Shown here: positions 9,120-18,406 of the stretch, in pieces
Layout: each line of letters starts with the position of its first letter
Position numbering within the stretch: position 1 is the first letter of the stretch
From: Acidobacteriota bacterium
GTDB lineage: Bacteria; Acidobacteriota; CAIWXX01
NCBI GenBank assembly: GCA_040755995.1
Contig: JBFMAF010000013.1
Location: 757-64,756, forward strand
Length of the DNA: 64,000 nt
Direction: 5' to 3'
The notes under the pieces: generated by a model
Database searches by the model: none
Told to the model about the DNA's origin: nothing
The model's input: the letters and a program-made list of their open reading frames with translations, nothing else
Made by a program: the position numbers and the translations under genes

Positions 9120-9734
9120 CTACTTCGCATACATGTACGTCATCCGAGCCGAGACGCCGGTCTGCAAGTTCGTTCCGGCGACTTCGACCGTGTAGTAGTA
9201 GTAGGGGAGCTCGACGGGTGTTATGGCCCCATCAGAGTTCACAACACCTCCGACCTGCAGATTGCCTGGAGGAACCATGCTCACCCCTTGGCGGCTGTCG
9301 ACGATCTTGGCGTCGACCCGGTACGTGGATCCGGATCCGGTCGACCCTCTAACTACGAATGAGATATCCGGAGTATCGGTTGGGTCCAGATTCCGAGCGG
9401 CCGCCGAACAGACAGTCCAGATCGTCGTAGGTTTCATGAGCTTCTCTTCCAGGCAAGTCCCGCCCGCCGGCACATAGTTTATCGGCGCCGTGAAGACGGT
9501 CGGGTCACTCAGGATGAGCATACGGTCATCGAGGAACTTGACGGAAAGGGAGACGCCGCCCTCAGCAGCATCCAGCGACGATTGGTATCGTTTCTGGATT
9601 CCGGACATGCGGGTTCCTCTCTGTACCATGAGCAGAACGGCGGTGATGAACAGGAACACGATCGCCGTGCACAGGAGCACGATGATGAGCGCCGCGCCGT
9701 CTTGGTCCCTAACAGTGTTTCTGATTCTTCTCAT
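9120..9734 (-). CDS. PilX-like type IV pilus minor pilin
   Basis: MRRIRNTVRDQDGAALIIVLLCTAIVFLFITAVLLMV matches the PilX N-terminal domain pattern (a charged leader then a long hydrophobic helix, without the GFxxxE motif). Its start overlaps the upstream PilW-like stop. Confidence 0.5.
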   Translation of the reverse strand: MRRIRNTVRDQDGAALIIVLLCTAIVFLFITAVLLMVQRGTRMSGIQKRYQSSLDAAEGGVSLSVKFLDDRMLILSDPTVFTAPINYVPAGGTCLEEKLMKPTTIWTVCSAAARNLDPTDTPDISFVVRGSTGSGSTYRVDAKIVDSRQGVSMVPPGNLQVGGVVNSDGAITPVELPYYYYTVEVAGTNLQTGVSARMTYMYAK

Positions 9735-10960
9735 TACTTTGCCCCCTGCGCCGCCCCAATCATCTTGTAGGTCAGGTTCTGCGGATTGACCACCATACGG
9801 TGAACCCGCCATCGATATTGCTGATAGTTGGTGATGGCCGACAGATTGTATGTCTGGCCGAGCGTAGAATCGGTGCCGCCGCCCGTACAGTCACACCCCG
9901 TGGGCGGCGTAGGATTAGTCTCACCCACGCGCATCGTGCTGGGCAGCACGTCGAAGTTATCGAAGTTCAGCAGGCTGTCGTGATCGCCATCTTGCGACAG
10001 GACGTATACCCTGACCTCGAGCAATCTCTCACGCAAGGTCTGGGCGATGACGCTCGCCGCCAGGTCCGCGGCCGGAAGCACCGTGGAGAGATCGTTTGTC
10101 AGACAGTCTATCGACCCGTCAGGAGTCGCCGTGGTATCGACCCCGAGCGCGATCTGGAAGTCTGCGACGCAGTCCAGGATCGAATAGTATCCGATTCGAT
10201 TCCCCGTCGCATGATCGATGACGGCCTTGACGAGCACACCCGTGCCCGCTGCGCAGCGGGTGGGAACATTGTTGGTGCTGATGAAGTAGTCAGCCCTGTT
10301 GAACGGCATGCGAGGGTCGGTGGTACCGCTGATCCCGAAGATGTACTGCACCTCGTCCGCAAACCCGGTGGCGGGAGGCGCTGCGACGCTGCCGTAAACC
10401 TGGAACGGGTTGGACCCGCTGGGGACCAAAATCATGGGCCGCCCCGTACTGGGGTCGACAAGGCGCATCTGAACCACCCGGTCAGTGCCGACGAAATCGA
10501 GCTCACTCGTGCCCCACGTATGAGGAGCGGCGTCGCCCTGCTGGATGAAGGTGACCTTCTGCGAAACCTCATCCACCCCCACATTGGATGCCTTGGCCGC
10601 GAGGTAATCGGAGTTGTGGAATCCGACGTTGTCCAGCTTCCCGAGGCCCCGTGGAGGATTTGTCGTGGCATCGTTCAGGCCCGATGGGAGAGCCTCGGTC
10701 GCCTCAGTGTAGTTGATGCCGCCGAGTTCCCACGGCAAGCCGTGCCCGGCGTGCATAAGGTCCTGGCGCATCAGCTCCAACCCGACTAGGTTCTCCATCT
10801 GGCTCTGGGCGACGCCTGCCTCGATCTTGGTCCGCCGCAGGAGCGGGATCATCAGCGCCCCCACGGCTGCCAGGACTCCGAGCAGCAGGAGCGTCGAAAT
10901 CAAAACCTCGACAAGCGAAAAGCCCCTTTCCGCCCTTCTCATTTCATTTCTTCTGTTCAT
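9734..10960 (-). CDS. PilW-like type IV pilus minor pilin (prepilin-type N-terminus)
   Basis: Leader MNRRNEMRRAERG|FSLVEVLISTLLLLGVLAAV carries the prepilin cleavage/methylation motif. An alternative ATG at 10942 would give a 7-aa leader. Confidence 0.65.
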   Translation of the reverse strand: MNRRNEMRRAERGFSLVEVLISTLLLLGVLAAVGALMIPLLRRTKIEAGVAQSQMENLVGLELMRQDLMHAGHGLPWELGGINYTEATEALPSGLNDATTNPPRGLGKLDNVGFHNSDYLAAKASNVGVDEVSQKVTFIQQGDAAPHTWGTSELDFVGTDRVVQMRLVDPSTGRPMILVPSGSNPFQVYGSVAAPPATGFADEVQYIFGISGTTDPRMPFNRADYFISTNNVPTRCAAGTGVLVKAVIDHATGNRIGYYSILDCVADFQIALGVDTTATPDGSIDCLTNDLSTVLPAADLAASVIAQTLRERLLEVRVYVLSQDGDHDSLLNFDNFDVLPSTMRVGETNPTPPTGCDCTGGGTDSTLGQTYNLSAITNYQQYRWRVHRMVVNPQNLTYKMIGAAQGAK

Positions 10961-11071
10961 GACTTCCCCTAGTGAGCCGCGCCTCAAAGCCACCAGATCC
11001 CCGCGTGCGCGTATTGAGGCACCGCTCCCGAAACTCGACACAATCCCAGCATCTCTTCAGCTCCGGGCATC

Positions 11072-11521
11072 TTAGCTCTTGATCACGAGCGTCGCAACAT
11101 TGCGATTGGTTTGCCCGTTGAAGATCCACGTGGTGACCGCCTGGACGCACTTGAAGTTGGGATCGGGCTGTGTGATCGTGTACACAGTTGTGTAAGTGTA
11201 CACGCTGGCCCCGGAGGTACCGCCCTTGATTCCAACTCTGCGTTGAACGGAGGTAGTGTAAGTACCAGGATTGAGAACCGGGTCGTCGAAGCGGCGGCTT
11301 AGCAGGCCGTTCAGCACGTCTTGCGTGGCGGTCGTTCCGTAGTCTCGCACCGTGTCGCGCACGTTGCTGCTCATGGTCAGAACCGCAGACGCCATCAGAG
11401 CGAGCATCAGGATGAAAAGGACCAAGAGGGAAACAAGGACCTCGACCAGGCTGAATCCGCGCGACCCGTCCGGCTGGCCGGCAGGCGGCGTTCGCTTACT
11501 GTACAACGCAGTTGGTTCCAT
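11072..11521 (-). CDS. PilV-like type IV pilus minor pilin
   Basis: SRG|FSLVEVLVSLLVLFILMLALMA prepilin motif. The start is either ATG 11521 or TTG 11503, and it overlaps the upstream gene's stop. Confidence 0.6.
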   Translation of the reverse strand: MEPTALYSKRTPPAGQPDGSRGFSLVEVLVSLLVLFILMLALMASAVLTMSSNVRDTVRDYGTTATQDVLNGLLSRRFDDPVLNPGTYTTSVQRRVGIKGGTSGASVYTYTTVYTITQPDPNFKCVQAVTTWIFNGQTNRNVATLVIKS

Positions 11522-12011
11522 CGTATTTCCCCAATCCCAGGCGCGTCGTGCCTGTTACTACGCAGTTACAAGGGGATCTCGGGCTGTCGATCCTGATCAC
11601 GGTATCTGGCTCCAGCAACCCCTTTCGAGATGCAGTCAACAGCCCGAGAGTGGTGCTCGGTGTCGAGGGAATGCTGAGGCCCCCGACCGTCCCGTTCAAC
11701 GTGAATGACAGAGTCGTGATGGAAAGATTCGGGATCTTCTCATTCGCGTCCGGCACGCCGTCGCCGTCTCTGTCCTCGTAGACTGTGAAACCGTTCTGGG
11801 CAAACTGGATGATATGGGGGACGTTCCGTTGCATGGCACGCTGGCGCGCCTCCATCATGTCCCCGTATATCGTGCGCATCTGGTTTTCGGCCCTGTAGCG
11901 GTCGACGAGCGTCTTCGAGAACGGCACCGATATCGCCAGTACCAGGGCCACGGCCAGAATCACAACCAGCAGCTCGACCAGGGAGAATCCTCGGCAGTCT
12001 TGTTTGATCAT
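11496..12011 (-). CDS. FimT/FimU (GspH-domain) type IV pilus minor pilin
   Basis: MIKQDCRG|FSLVELLVVILAVALVLAI prepilin motif. Its ATG overlaps the PilY1-like TGA (ATGA), implying translational coupling. It contains a DRDGDGVPDANE motif that is shared with the PilY1-like protein. Confidence 0.6.
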   Translation of the reverse strand: MIKQDCRGFSLVELLVVILAVALVLAISVPFSKTLVDRYRAENQMRTIYGDMMEARQRAMQRNVPHIIQFAQNGFTVYEDRDGDGVPDANEKIPNLSITTLSFTLNGTVGGLSIPSTPSTTLGLLTASRKGLLEPDTVIRIDSPRSPCNCVVTGTTRLGLGKYDGTNCVVQ

Positions 12012-15000
12012 CGCTCTATCACCGAGATGATTCGTTTGTAAGGTTTCGGGATGATGATCGGCGGAGGCGCAACCGTGGTTGACATGCCCAGTATCTCGCC
12101 GGTACGCCTGCCCAGAGTGGTACCCGATATCGCCGCTTCGTTGCTGGCAATCTTGCTACCGAACGCAGCCGGGATCGCCGTCTGTTCGATTGCGCCAGTG
12201 GAGGTCTGAATCAGACCGATGCCATAGAGCGTCCCCGCACCGGAGCTCCCGATGTCATACCGGATGGCCCAGAGGTAGGTCTTGCCGCCGCTGGAGCACA
12301 GATCTCCTGATGGCTTCGTAGTGGTGAACAGAATTGCACCTGTGAAAGTGGCCAACGGGTTCGTGACCATCCGCTCCGCCTTGTCGCCCGTAAGGGGGTC
12401 GCTGAGGTCCAACGCCAGCTTCCAGCCGGGGATGGGCGTTCCCGGAGTGACCGCGGTCGTGGTGACGTCGCTCAGGCCGGCCCAGCTCACAGGCGCGCTG
12501 CATGCGAAGTTGAACGTATCGCTGGTCGTGTAACAGGGTTCCTTGACGCCGAACAGGTGCCTCTGGGTAGTCGGATCGTCGTAGTTCCCTGAGCTATCTT
12601 TCCAGTAGAACCGACCCGTTCCTCCGAAAATCCACATCTCGTGCAAGATGTTGTCCTGCAGGTTGGTGATCGATGCGGTGACCGTGCCGATCCCGGTCAG
12701 CATCGGGCTGACCGTCCAGGTGGCCGGCACTGCGCCGTTCACCCACAGCCGCCAGACCCCCCCGTCAGTCCATGTCGCCGAAGGGCCGGATCCCTCCTTC
12801 TTCGTGTAGCCGAAGTAGATGGCATCGTCCACGTAGTCCTTGTTGCTGTCCACGGTCGAGTTGAGCAGGTTGCCGCAGAAGGATTCGGTCAGCCCCGTGT
12901 CGATCGTCCGGAGTAGAGTACCATCCTTCAGGTCCAGAACGAACAGTTTCAGATTCTGATCCGACTTGGCCAGGAATTGATGGGAGACAGTATCTATGGG
13001 TCCAGTCGGACCCGATCCAATGACCACATACCAGTTGCCATTGGCGTTCTCGACAGGTCCCGTGCCTGGATCGTATTTTGTGCGCACAACGGCTGCACCC
13101 GTGGTGGAGAGCCCGAGCCCGGGATCAGCAAACTCCCACAGCAGGTCCGGGTTGTTCGCATCCGTGATATCGATGGCAAAAAACGTGGACCGGCCGACGG
13201 GCGCATTCGTCGACGTGCGTGCGGTCGCGGGGCACTGGACGCAGTTCCCTGTAGCACAGCCCGTTGCGCCGCCGATACGCATCGACCCTATCAGAATCGT
13301 TCGCCACGTCGACTCGAGGATCACGTTGCTTGCATCTACTGTGGTGGCCCGTGGGCACGCCTGGTACGGACCGACATAGCCCGAGGTAGTACTAATACTG
13401 GCGTCCACCAGCAACGGCGTACCGTCAACATAGAAAAGGTGGCAGTAGTCGGGATCCATCAAGTAGCGTAGGTAGGGCAACGCATTGCTCGGAATGTACG
13501 CCCATTCCTCCCGTCCCAGGTTCGTGCCAGTGAGCCATGCCTTCTCCGAAAGAGTCTGGCCGGGCCACTGGAAATCCAGCACGCCCATCTTGAACGCATG
13601 CATCATCCCGTCGTTGCCGCCGGCGAAAGCCATGCCGCGGTTCAGGTAGTCGTTGGACCCAACGAACGCACTGTAGGTGCCATCCTTGTAAACGTTGTGA
13701 TACTGATTTAGCGGAACGGCGCCGGCGATCTTCGCGGTCGACGTGATGATGTCACCAAGTTTCCATGTCCCCGTATGCGGGACACCAAGGCTGTCGGTTA
13801 TGGTAGTGGTGCGGTTGCGCTTGCCCGCAATGTCGTATCCGCGGATGTAGTTGATGATATTGACGCCATCAGCGGTCTTGAGCGCATCGGTCGCGCCCAC
13901 CGCCTGCAAGTAGTTGAGCGGAGAGGGACCAACCAGCGACCCCACATTGGTAGGCTTGAACTCGATCAACGTCGTGCCGTCGGTCGACGTATACATCCGG
14001 CGCGGATCGAGCGCAGCCGGATCCGGGTCCCTCAGGAAAAGCTGATACCCGGCTTCCCACAGCGACTTCACATTCTCGACCGGGATGGTCGCATCGGGTG
14101 TCGTCGGGGCGTCCTTCACCCCGTCACCGTCGTTATCCCGGTATAGTCTGGCCTTGGTCTGCTGGTCCGCAGTGTCGAAGAAGAACTCAACGATCCTGTC
14201 GTTTCTCAGGTTCAGCTTGAGGTCCTGGACCGTGTCCTCACGGATCGTGGAGAGCTTCAGGTACGGATCCACGTAGAACCACTCGTTCTGGAGGTATCCG
14301 GACCAGTCGAGCTCCTCGGTGCCGAGGAGCTTCCGCGGGAAGAAGAATGCCTGCAGCAGGTTTGCGCCCTGGCCTTCGCCCGAGGCCAGAACGGTCGCCG
14401 ATGTCGAGGAGGAGGCCCTCTTGAGGATATCCAGCAGCGCGGATCGGATCTTGTCAGCAAGCTCCTGTCCATTGCTGGCTTCGAAGTAGTTGTCGGGAAC
14501 ACCGTCGCCGTCCCTATCGTACTCCGATTGGACGTCTGGGAGGTAGTTGCCGTTCGAGTCCGTGAATCCACCATTCCGTGCCGCTTGCCGGAGAAGCCGC
14601 CGGCCGTCCGGCGAGACTTGTCCGCCCAGATCGGCGAGCACCACGTATGTCGTAAGATATTGATCATCGGTCAGGTCGGACCGCAGATCCCGCCGCTTCG
14701 GGGCGCCGGCCCCGGTCAAATCCACGCGGGCCCACAAGGACACATCGTCGACGTAGTGGGACCCGTCAATCGAGCCGCACTTGCTCCAGAAGTAGTTCGG
14801 GTCACAGTCTCCCGCCCAGGTTGGTGTCGAAACGCTCCCTGAATCGGTGTAGGTCGGTGAGTATCCTCTGGGCGGAGACGGGATGCTGAGATCCTTGGTG
14901 GGCTCTCCATCCGTCAACATGAGGACGAAGGACATCGCGCACGGCACCATCACGGTCTGACCCCCAGTGCCGTAGTTGTACGGATCCTGACTTGACCCCG

Positions 15001-15921
15001 TCTGATAGGAGCTTTGCCCACTGTAATATCTCGGCCCGTTGGTCGAGTCCACAGTTGTATATTGGCGGAAGTAGCCGGTCATCGTCCAGAGAGTCTCGGC
15101 GAGTGGCGTATACCCGCCAGGATCCTCGTTCTTGATGGTTGTGACGAAGCTGGTGGGGTCCTGATCCATACATGCCAGAATGACGTGGCCCCCTCTTTCG
15201 TTCGAGTGCTGGTAGTTGGCCAGGCCAAAACGGGCATTCCCGCTCAGCTCTTGATAGATGCCGGTTTCCCGCTCTATTCCGTCCGTCACGTTGATCTTCA
15301 CCGCGAAGTAACTGGAGAAGCCGCTGCAGTTGTTGTAGGGGCTGACCGTGTCGACCCGAAACTGGGAAACGCCGTTTCCAGTGTCGAATTCGAAACATCG
15401 GGTGCCGCTGTAAGGCGTATACAGGTCGGCGCTGGAGACCTGCTTCAGATACCCTCGCGAAGTGTCGTCGGCCATTTCGGCAAGTTTGTCGTTGGTATTG
15501 GTGCCTGAACGCGCCGTCCCGTCACCCCCGATCAACACCTCACGCAGGATGTCGATGCGTCGCATCGTCAACCAGTTCATGAAGTTGCCGTCCCAGGAGT
15601 TGGCCGGGCGAGCTCCACTCTTGAGCCCGGCCGCCGTGTAGGCGTTGTTGGCGTAAGTGTACCAGTAGCTGGTATTGAAGTAGCCATAGTAGTCATTTGC
15701 AGGGTTGAAGCCCGTGCTGGTGCTGCTGCCGTTGAAGTCGTATGCAAAATACGCCATTGATCCGGAGTTGTCCAGCACGATCATGATGTTCGGCTTCAGT
15801 GGAGTCTGCATGAAAGGCGGCTGGATGCAATACGTGTTCATCGCCGTCTGGGCTGTCGCCACCGAGCCGACAGCCAGGCACACCAGCGCCGCGTAACAAG
15901 TGCATCTCACGAGTTTGGCCA
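12008..15921 (-). CDS. PilY1/PilC-like type IV pilus tip adhesin, N-terminal von Willebrand A domain (1304 aa)
   Basis: GGAGGA RBS before ATG at 15921. Signal peptide, then IMIVLDNSGSM (the vWA MIDAS motif DxSxS). Several DxDxDG calcium-binding-type loops (DRDGDGVPDNY, DNDGDGVKD) and a large beta-rich C-terminal region. It is the first gene of a minor-pilin operon. Confidence 0.65.
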
Positions 15922-16253
15922 TATCTAGTCCTCCGCGTCGAGCAGACGCGAGCTCGCTCGCATCATGCTTCAGTCCGTTTGGCTTGGAATGCGTCAACAT
16001 CTGGGGAGCCCCCGGTCGCGCTCACGCCTGCTCTCTGACCTCAAGGATCCTCCCACAAGTTGGGTTAATGCAAGAAGAGTGCCGAGATCGGCGGAGCCGG
16101 CCGGTCCGGTCAAAGTCCTTGTGTGTCAATGGATTGTGCTGAATCACGGGTCGATAGGGGGCTGCACGCCGGCGCGGAGCCGAGAGACGCTATCGTCGGA
16201 GTGTGTAGTTTGGTAACAGTTGCGACTCCCTCGATCGCCTGCCCGGCAGCGCC

Positions 16254-16290
16254 GCAAAAAAAATGGAGGAGCGCTTTGTGGCGCTCCTCC
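16254..16290 (-). terminator. rho-independent terminator of the M43 protease gene
   Basis: Minus strand reads GGAGGAGCGC-cacaaa-GCGCTCCTCC followed by TTTTTTTT, 23 nt after the stop at 16313. Confidence 0.65.
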
Positions 16291-16312
16291 AGTAGAGGAC
16301 CTATAGATCTAG

Positions 16313-17221
16313 CTATTTGCCGGCGCGATAGGAGCTCCAGGCGCTGTTCATTCTGGTGTTCTGCCCACCCGTGAAGAGGTACATGCAGTCGTCGTCTGAG
16401 TAGTCCATGAAGTTCTCGATCGGGTCGAGGCCGGCCAGCTTCGTGCAGCTGTCGCGCCCACTCGGGCAGCCGTACGCGGGCGACTTCTCGGCCGGTGTGT
16501 CTGCGACGTAGTCTCCACCCTTGGTCGCGCTCCTGGCGCAGCCACCCTGGAACGTGTGGTAAAGACCCATCCAATGCCCGACTTCGTGAGTCGCCGTGTC
16601 ACCCTCGTTGTACGGAGCAGCCGTGCCGCCTGGGAGCGAGGAGTAGAGAAGAACAACGCCATCCATCTTCGGCGCTCTGGTGTAATCCCACGGGAAGGTC
16701 GCCCAACCCAGGAGACCGCCGCCGAGGTTCGCCGTGTAGAGATTGAGGTCGTCTGCCGTACCCTGACGCAGTGCATTCTTGGCCTGAGACTCTGCCGTGC
16801 TGCCATAGCCCATGGTGTACCAGGTGGAATTCGTGGTCCGATCGATGCTGACCAGGTTGAAAGAGTAACCCATAGCAGCGTAGGCAGCGTTGAGCACGGA
16901 GATCTGGCTGCGGATCTGGCTTTCCGGCACATCGCCGTTGGAAATCCCGGTGCCCTTGTTGATCACGTGGACGTAGACGTCGACCGCCGCGCCCTGGATC
17001 GCCGTGTCCTTGTTGATCCCGTACATAGCCATCTCGAAGCGCATCCGCTTCTCGACGATGGCTGCGTCCGCTGGGTCGATGTGCGTGCCGCACCGATGGC
17101 CGGCCGCGATGAAGGCCTCTTGATTGACGTATTCCGTCCCCTCGAATACAAACGGAACTTCGGCATACGCGAAGCATGAGAACACCAACGCGACCGCTAC
17201 GGTGAAGAACAGGTTCTTCAT
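16313..17221 (-). CDS. secreted zinc metalloprotease, peptidase M43 (pappalysin/ulilysin-like)
   Basis: Signal peptide. HEVGHWMGLYHTF (HExxHxxGxxH) with a downstream Met-turn, which is the M43 family pattern. AGGAG RBS before ATG at 17221. Confidence 0.75.
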   Translation of the reverse strand: MKNLFFTVAVALVFSCFAYAEVPFVFEGTEYVNQEAFIAAGHRCGTHIDPADAAIVEKRMRFEMAMYGINKDTAIQGAAVDVYVHVINKGTGISNGDVPESQIRSQISVLNAAYAAMGYSFNLVSIDRTTNSTWYTMGYGSTAESQAKNALRQGTADDLNLYTANLGGGLLGWATFPWDYTRAPKMDGVVLLYSSLPGGTAAPYNEGDTATHEVGHWMGLYHTFQGGCARSATKGGDYVADTPAEKSPAYGCPSGRDSCTKLAGLDPIENFMDYSDDDCMYLFTGGQNTRMNSAWSSYRAGK

Positions 17222-17457
17222 TTAGACTGATCTCCTTTGGTTTTGAAGTTGATTGACGAACTGGTTTGGAACCTCGGAGCCCCGCCCCCCCACGCCACGT
17301 AGGCTACGGAACTCTCTCATCACAACCGTATAACGATCCGGATACCTGGGAGAATGAAAAAAAAGGTTACACTCCCTGCCAAACCGACGGAATTCTGACG
17401 CGTGGTGTGTTATAACATCCGATGTCGGGTGATGTGTGCATCTGACTAGATATATAA

Positions 17458-17640
17458 TGCCTTTGCATGGCAATGCCGCAGGGCGGCCACTGGGTCCGCC
17501 CCCACGTTGGGTTTTGCATTCTGCCTTTGGCAATGCCGCAGGGCGGCCACTGGGTCCGCCCCCACGTTGGGTTTTGCATTCTGCCTTTGGCAATGCCGCA
17601 GGGCGGCCACGGGGGGCCGCCCCTACGTTACATTTTGCCT
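17458..17640. repeat. three tandem approximately 60-bp direct repeats, each carrying an internal GGGCGG..CCGCCC palindrome; the third unit is degenerate
   Basis: Units 17458-17521 and 17522-17581 are identical except for a 3-bp insertion. The third copy merges into a TTGACC-N17-TAGGAT promoter-like sequence about 45 bp upstream of the response regulator start. Confidence 0.85.
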
Positions 17641-17686
17641 TTGACCTGAGGCGACCCGTCGATTAGGATAGCAAAGGGGGACCGGC

Positions 17687-18367
17687 TTGCGCATCCTGGT
17701 CGTCGAAGACGAGAAAAAAGTGGCGTCCTTCATCAAGAAGGGCTTGGAGGAGGAGGCCTACGCCGTGGATGTGGCGTACACGGGGCCGGACGGCGAGTAC
17801 CTTTCCGAGCTGAATCCGTACGACCTGGTGGTGCTCGACATCATGCTGCCGGGCAAGGATGGCGTCGCGGTGTGCCGGAGCCTGCGCGCGCGAGGCACGA
17901 AGACTCCGATCCTGATGCTGACCGCGCGGGGAACGCTGCAGGACAAGATCGAGGGCCTCGACAGCGGCGCCGACGACTATCTGACCAAGCCGTTCGCCTT
18001 CGAGGAGTTCCTGGCGCGGGTCCGCGCACTGCTGCGGCGCGGCGCCGCACCCGATCTCCATCCCATCCGCGTGGCGGATCTGATTCTCGACCGAGGCACT
18101 CGAAAGGCCCGGCGCGGCAAGAGGGAAATCCCGCTGACGAACCGAGAGTACGCGCTGCTTGATTACTTGATGCGGCGTTCAGGTCAAGTCCTCTCACGTG
18201 CCGTGCTTGCTCAACAGGTATGGGGCAACGACTTCGACACGGAGAGCAACGTAATCGACGTGACGGTCAGTCACCTGAGGAGCAAGGTCGATCGGAGCGG
18301 AGAGCCGGAGCTGATCCACACGGTCCGCGGGTTCGGATACATGCTCTGCGAGACCACCGAAACATGA
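17687..18367 (+). CDS. OmpR-family response regulator (receiver + winged-helix DNA-binding)
   Basis: MRILVVEDE...DLVVLDIMLPGKDG...LTKPF receiver motifs. C-terminal trans_reg_C (NREYALLDYLMRRSGQVLSR...VRGFGY). TTG start per the ORF track. Confidence 0.9.
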   Translation: MRILVVEDEKKVASFIKKGLEEEAYAVDVAYTGPDGEYLSELNPYDLVVLDIMLPGKDGVAVCRSLRARGTKTPILMLTARGTLQDKIEGLDSGADDYLTKPFAFEEFLARVRALLRRGAAPDLHPIRVADLILDRGTRKARRGKREIPLTNREYALLDYLMRRSGQVLSRAVLAQQVWGNDFDTESNVIDVTVSHLRSKVDRSGEPELIHTVRGFGYMLCETTET

Positions 18368-18371
18368 CGCC

Positions 18372-18406
18372 AACCTTGAACCTTGAACCTTGAACCTTGA
18401 ACCGTC
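18372..18406. repeat. tandem heptamer (AACCTTG)4 plus one degenerate unit, located between the response regulator stop and the kinase start
   Basis: Direct reading. Each unit contains the overlapping codons TTG and TGA (TTGA). Confidence 0.85.

Noticed and set aside
17458-17640. CRISPR array interpretation of the 60-bp repeats
   Set aside because: The units are directly adjacent with no unique spacers. No cas genes are nearby.
17222-17666. Repetitive small ORFs (17222-17593, 17367-17579, 17436-17666) translated across the 60-bp tandem repeats
   Set aside because: They are artefacts of translating a tandem DNA repeat in both strands. Their periodic peptide repeats follow the DNA repeat, they have no RBS, and they overlap one another.
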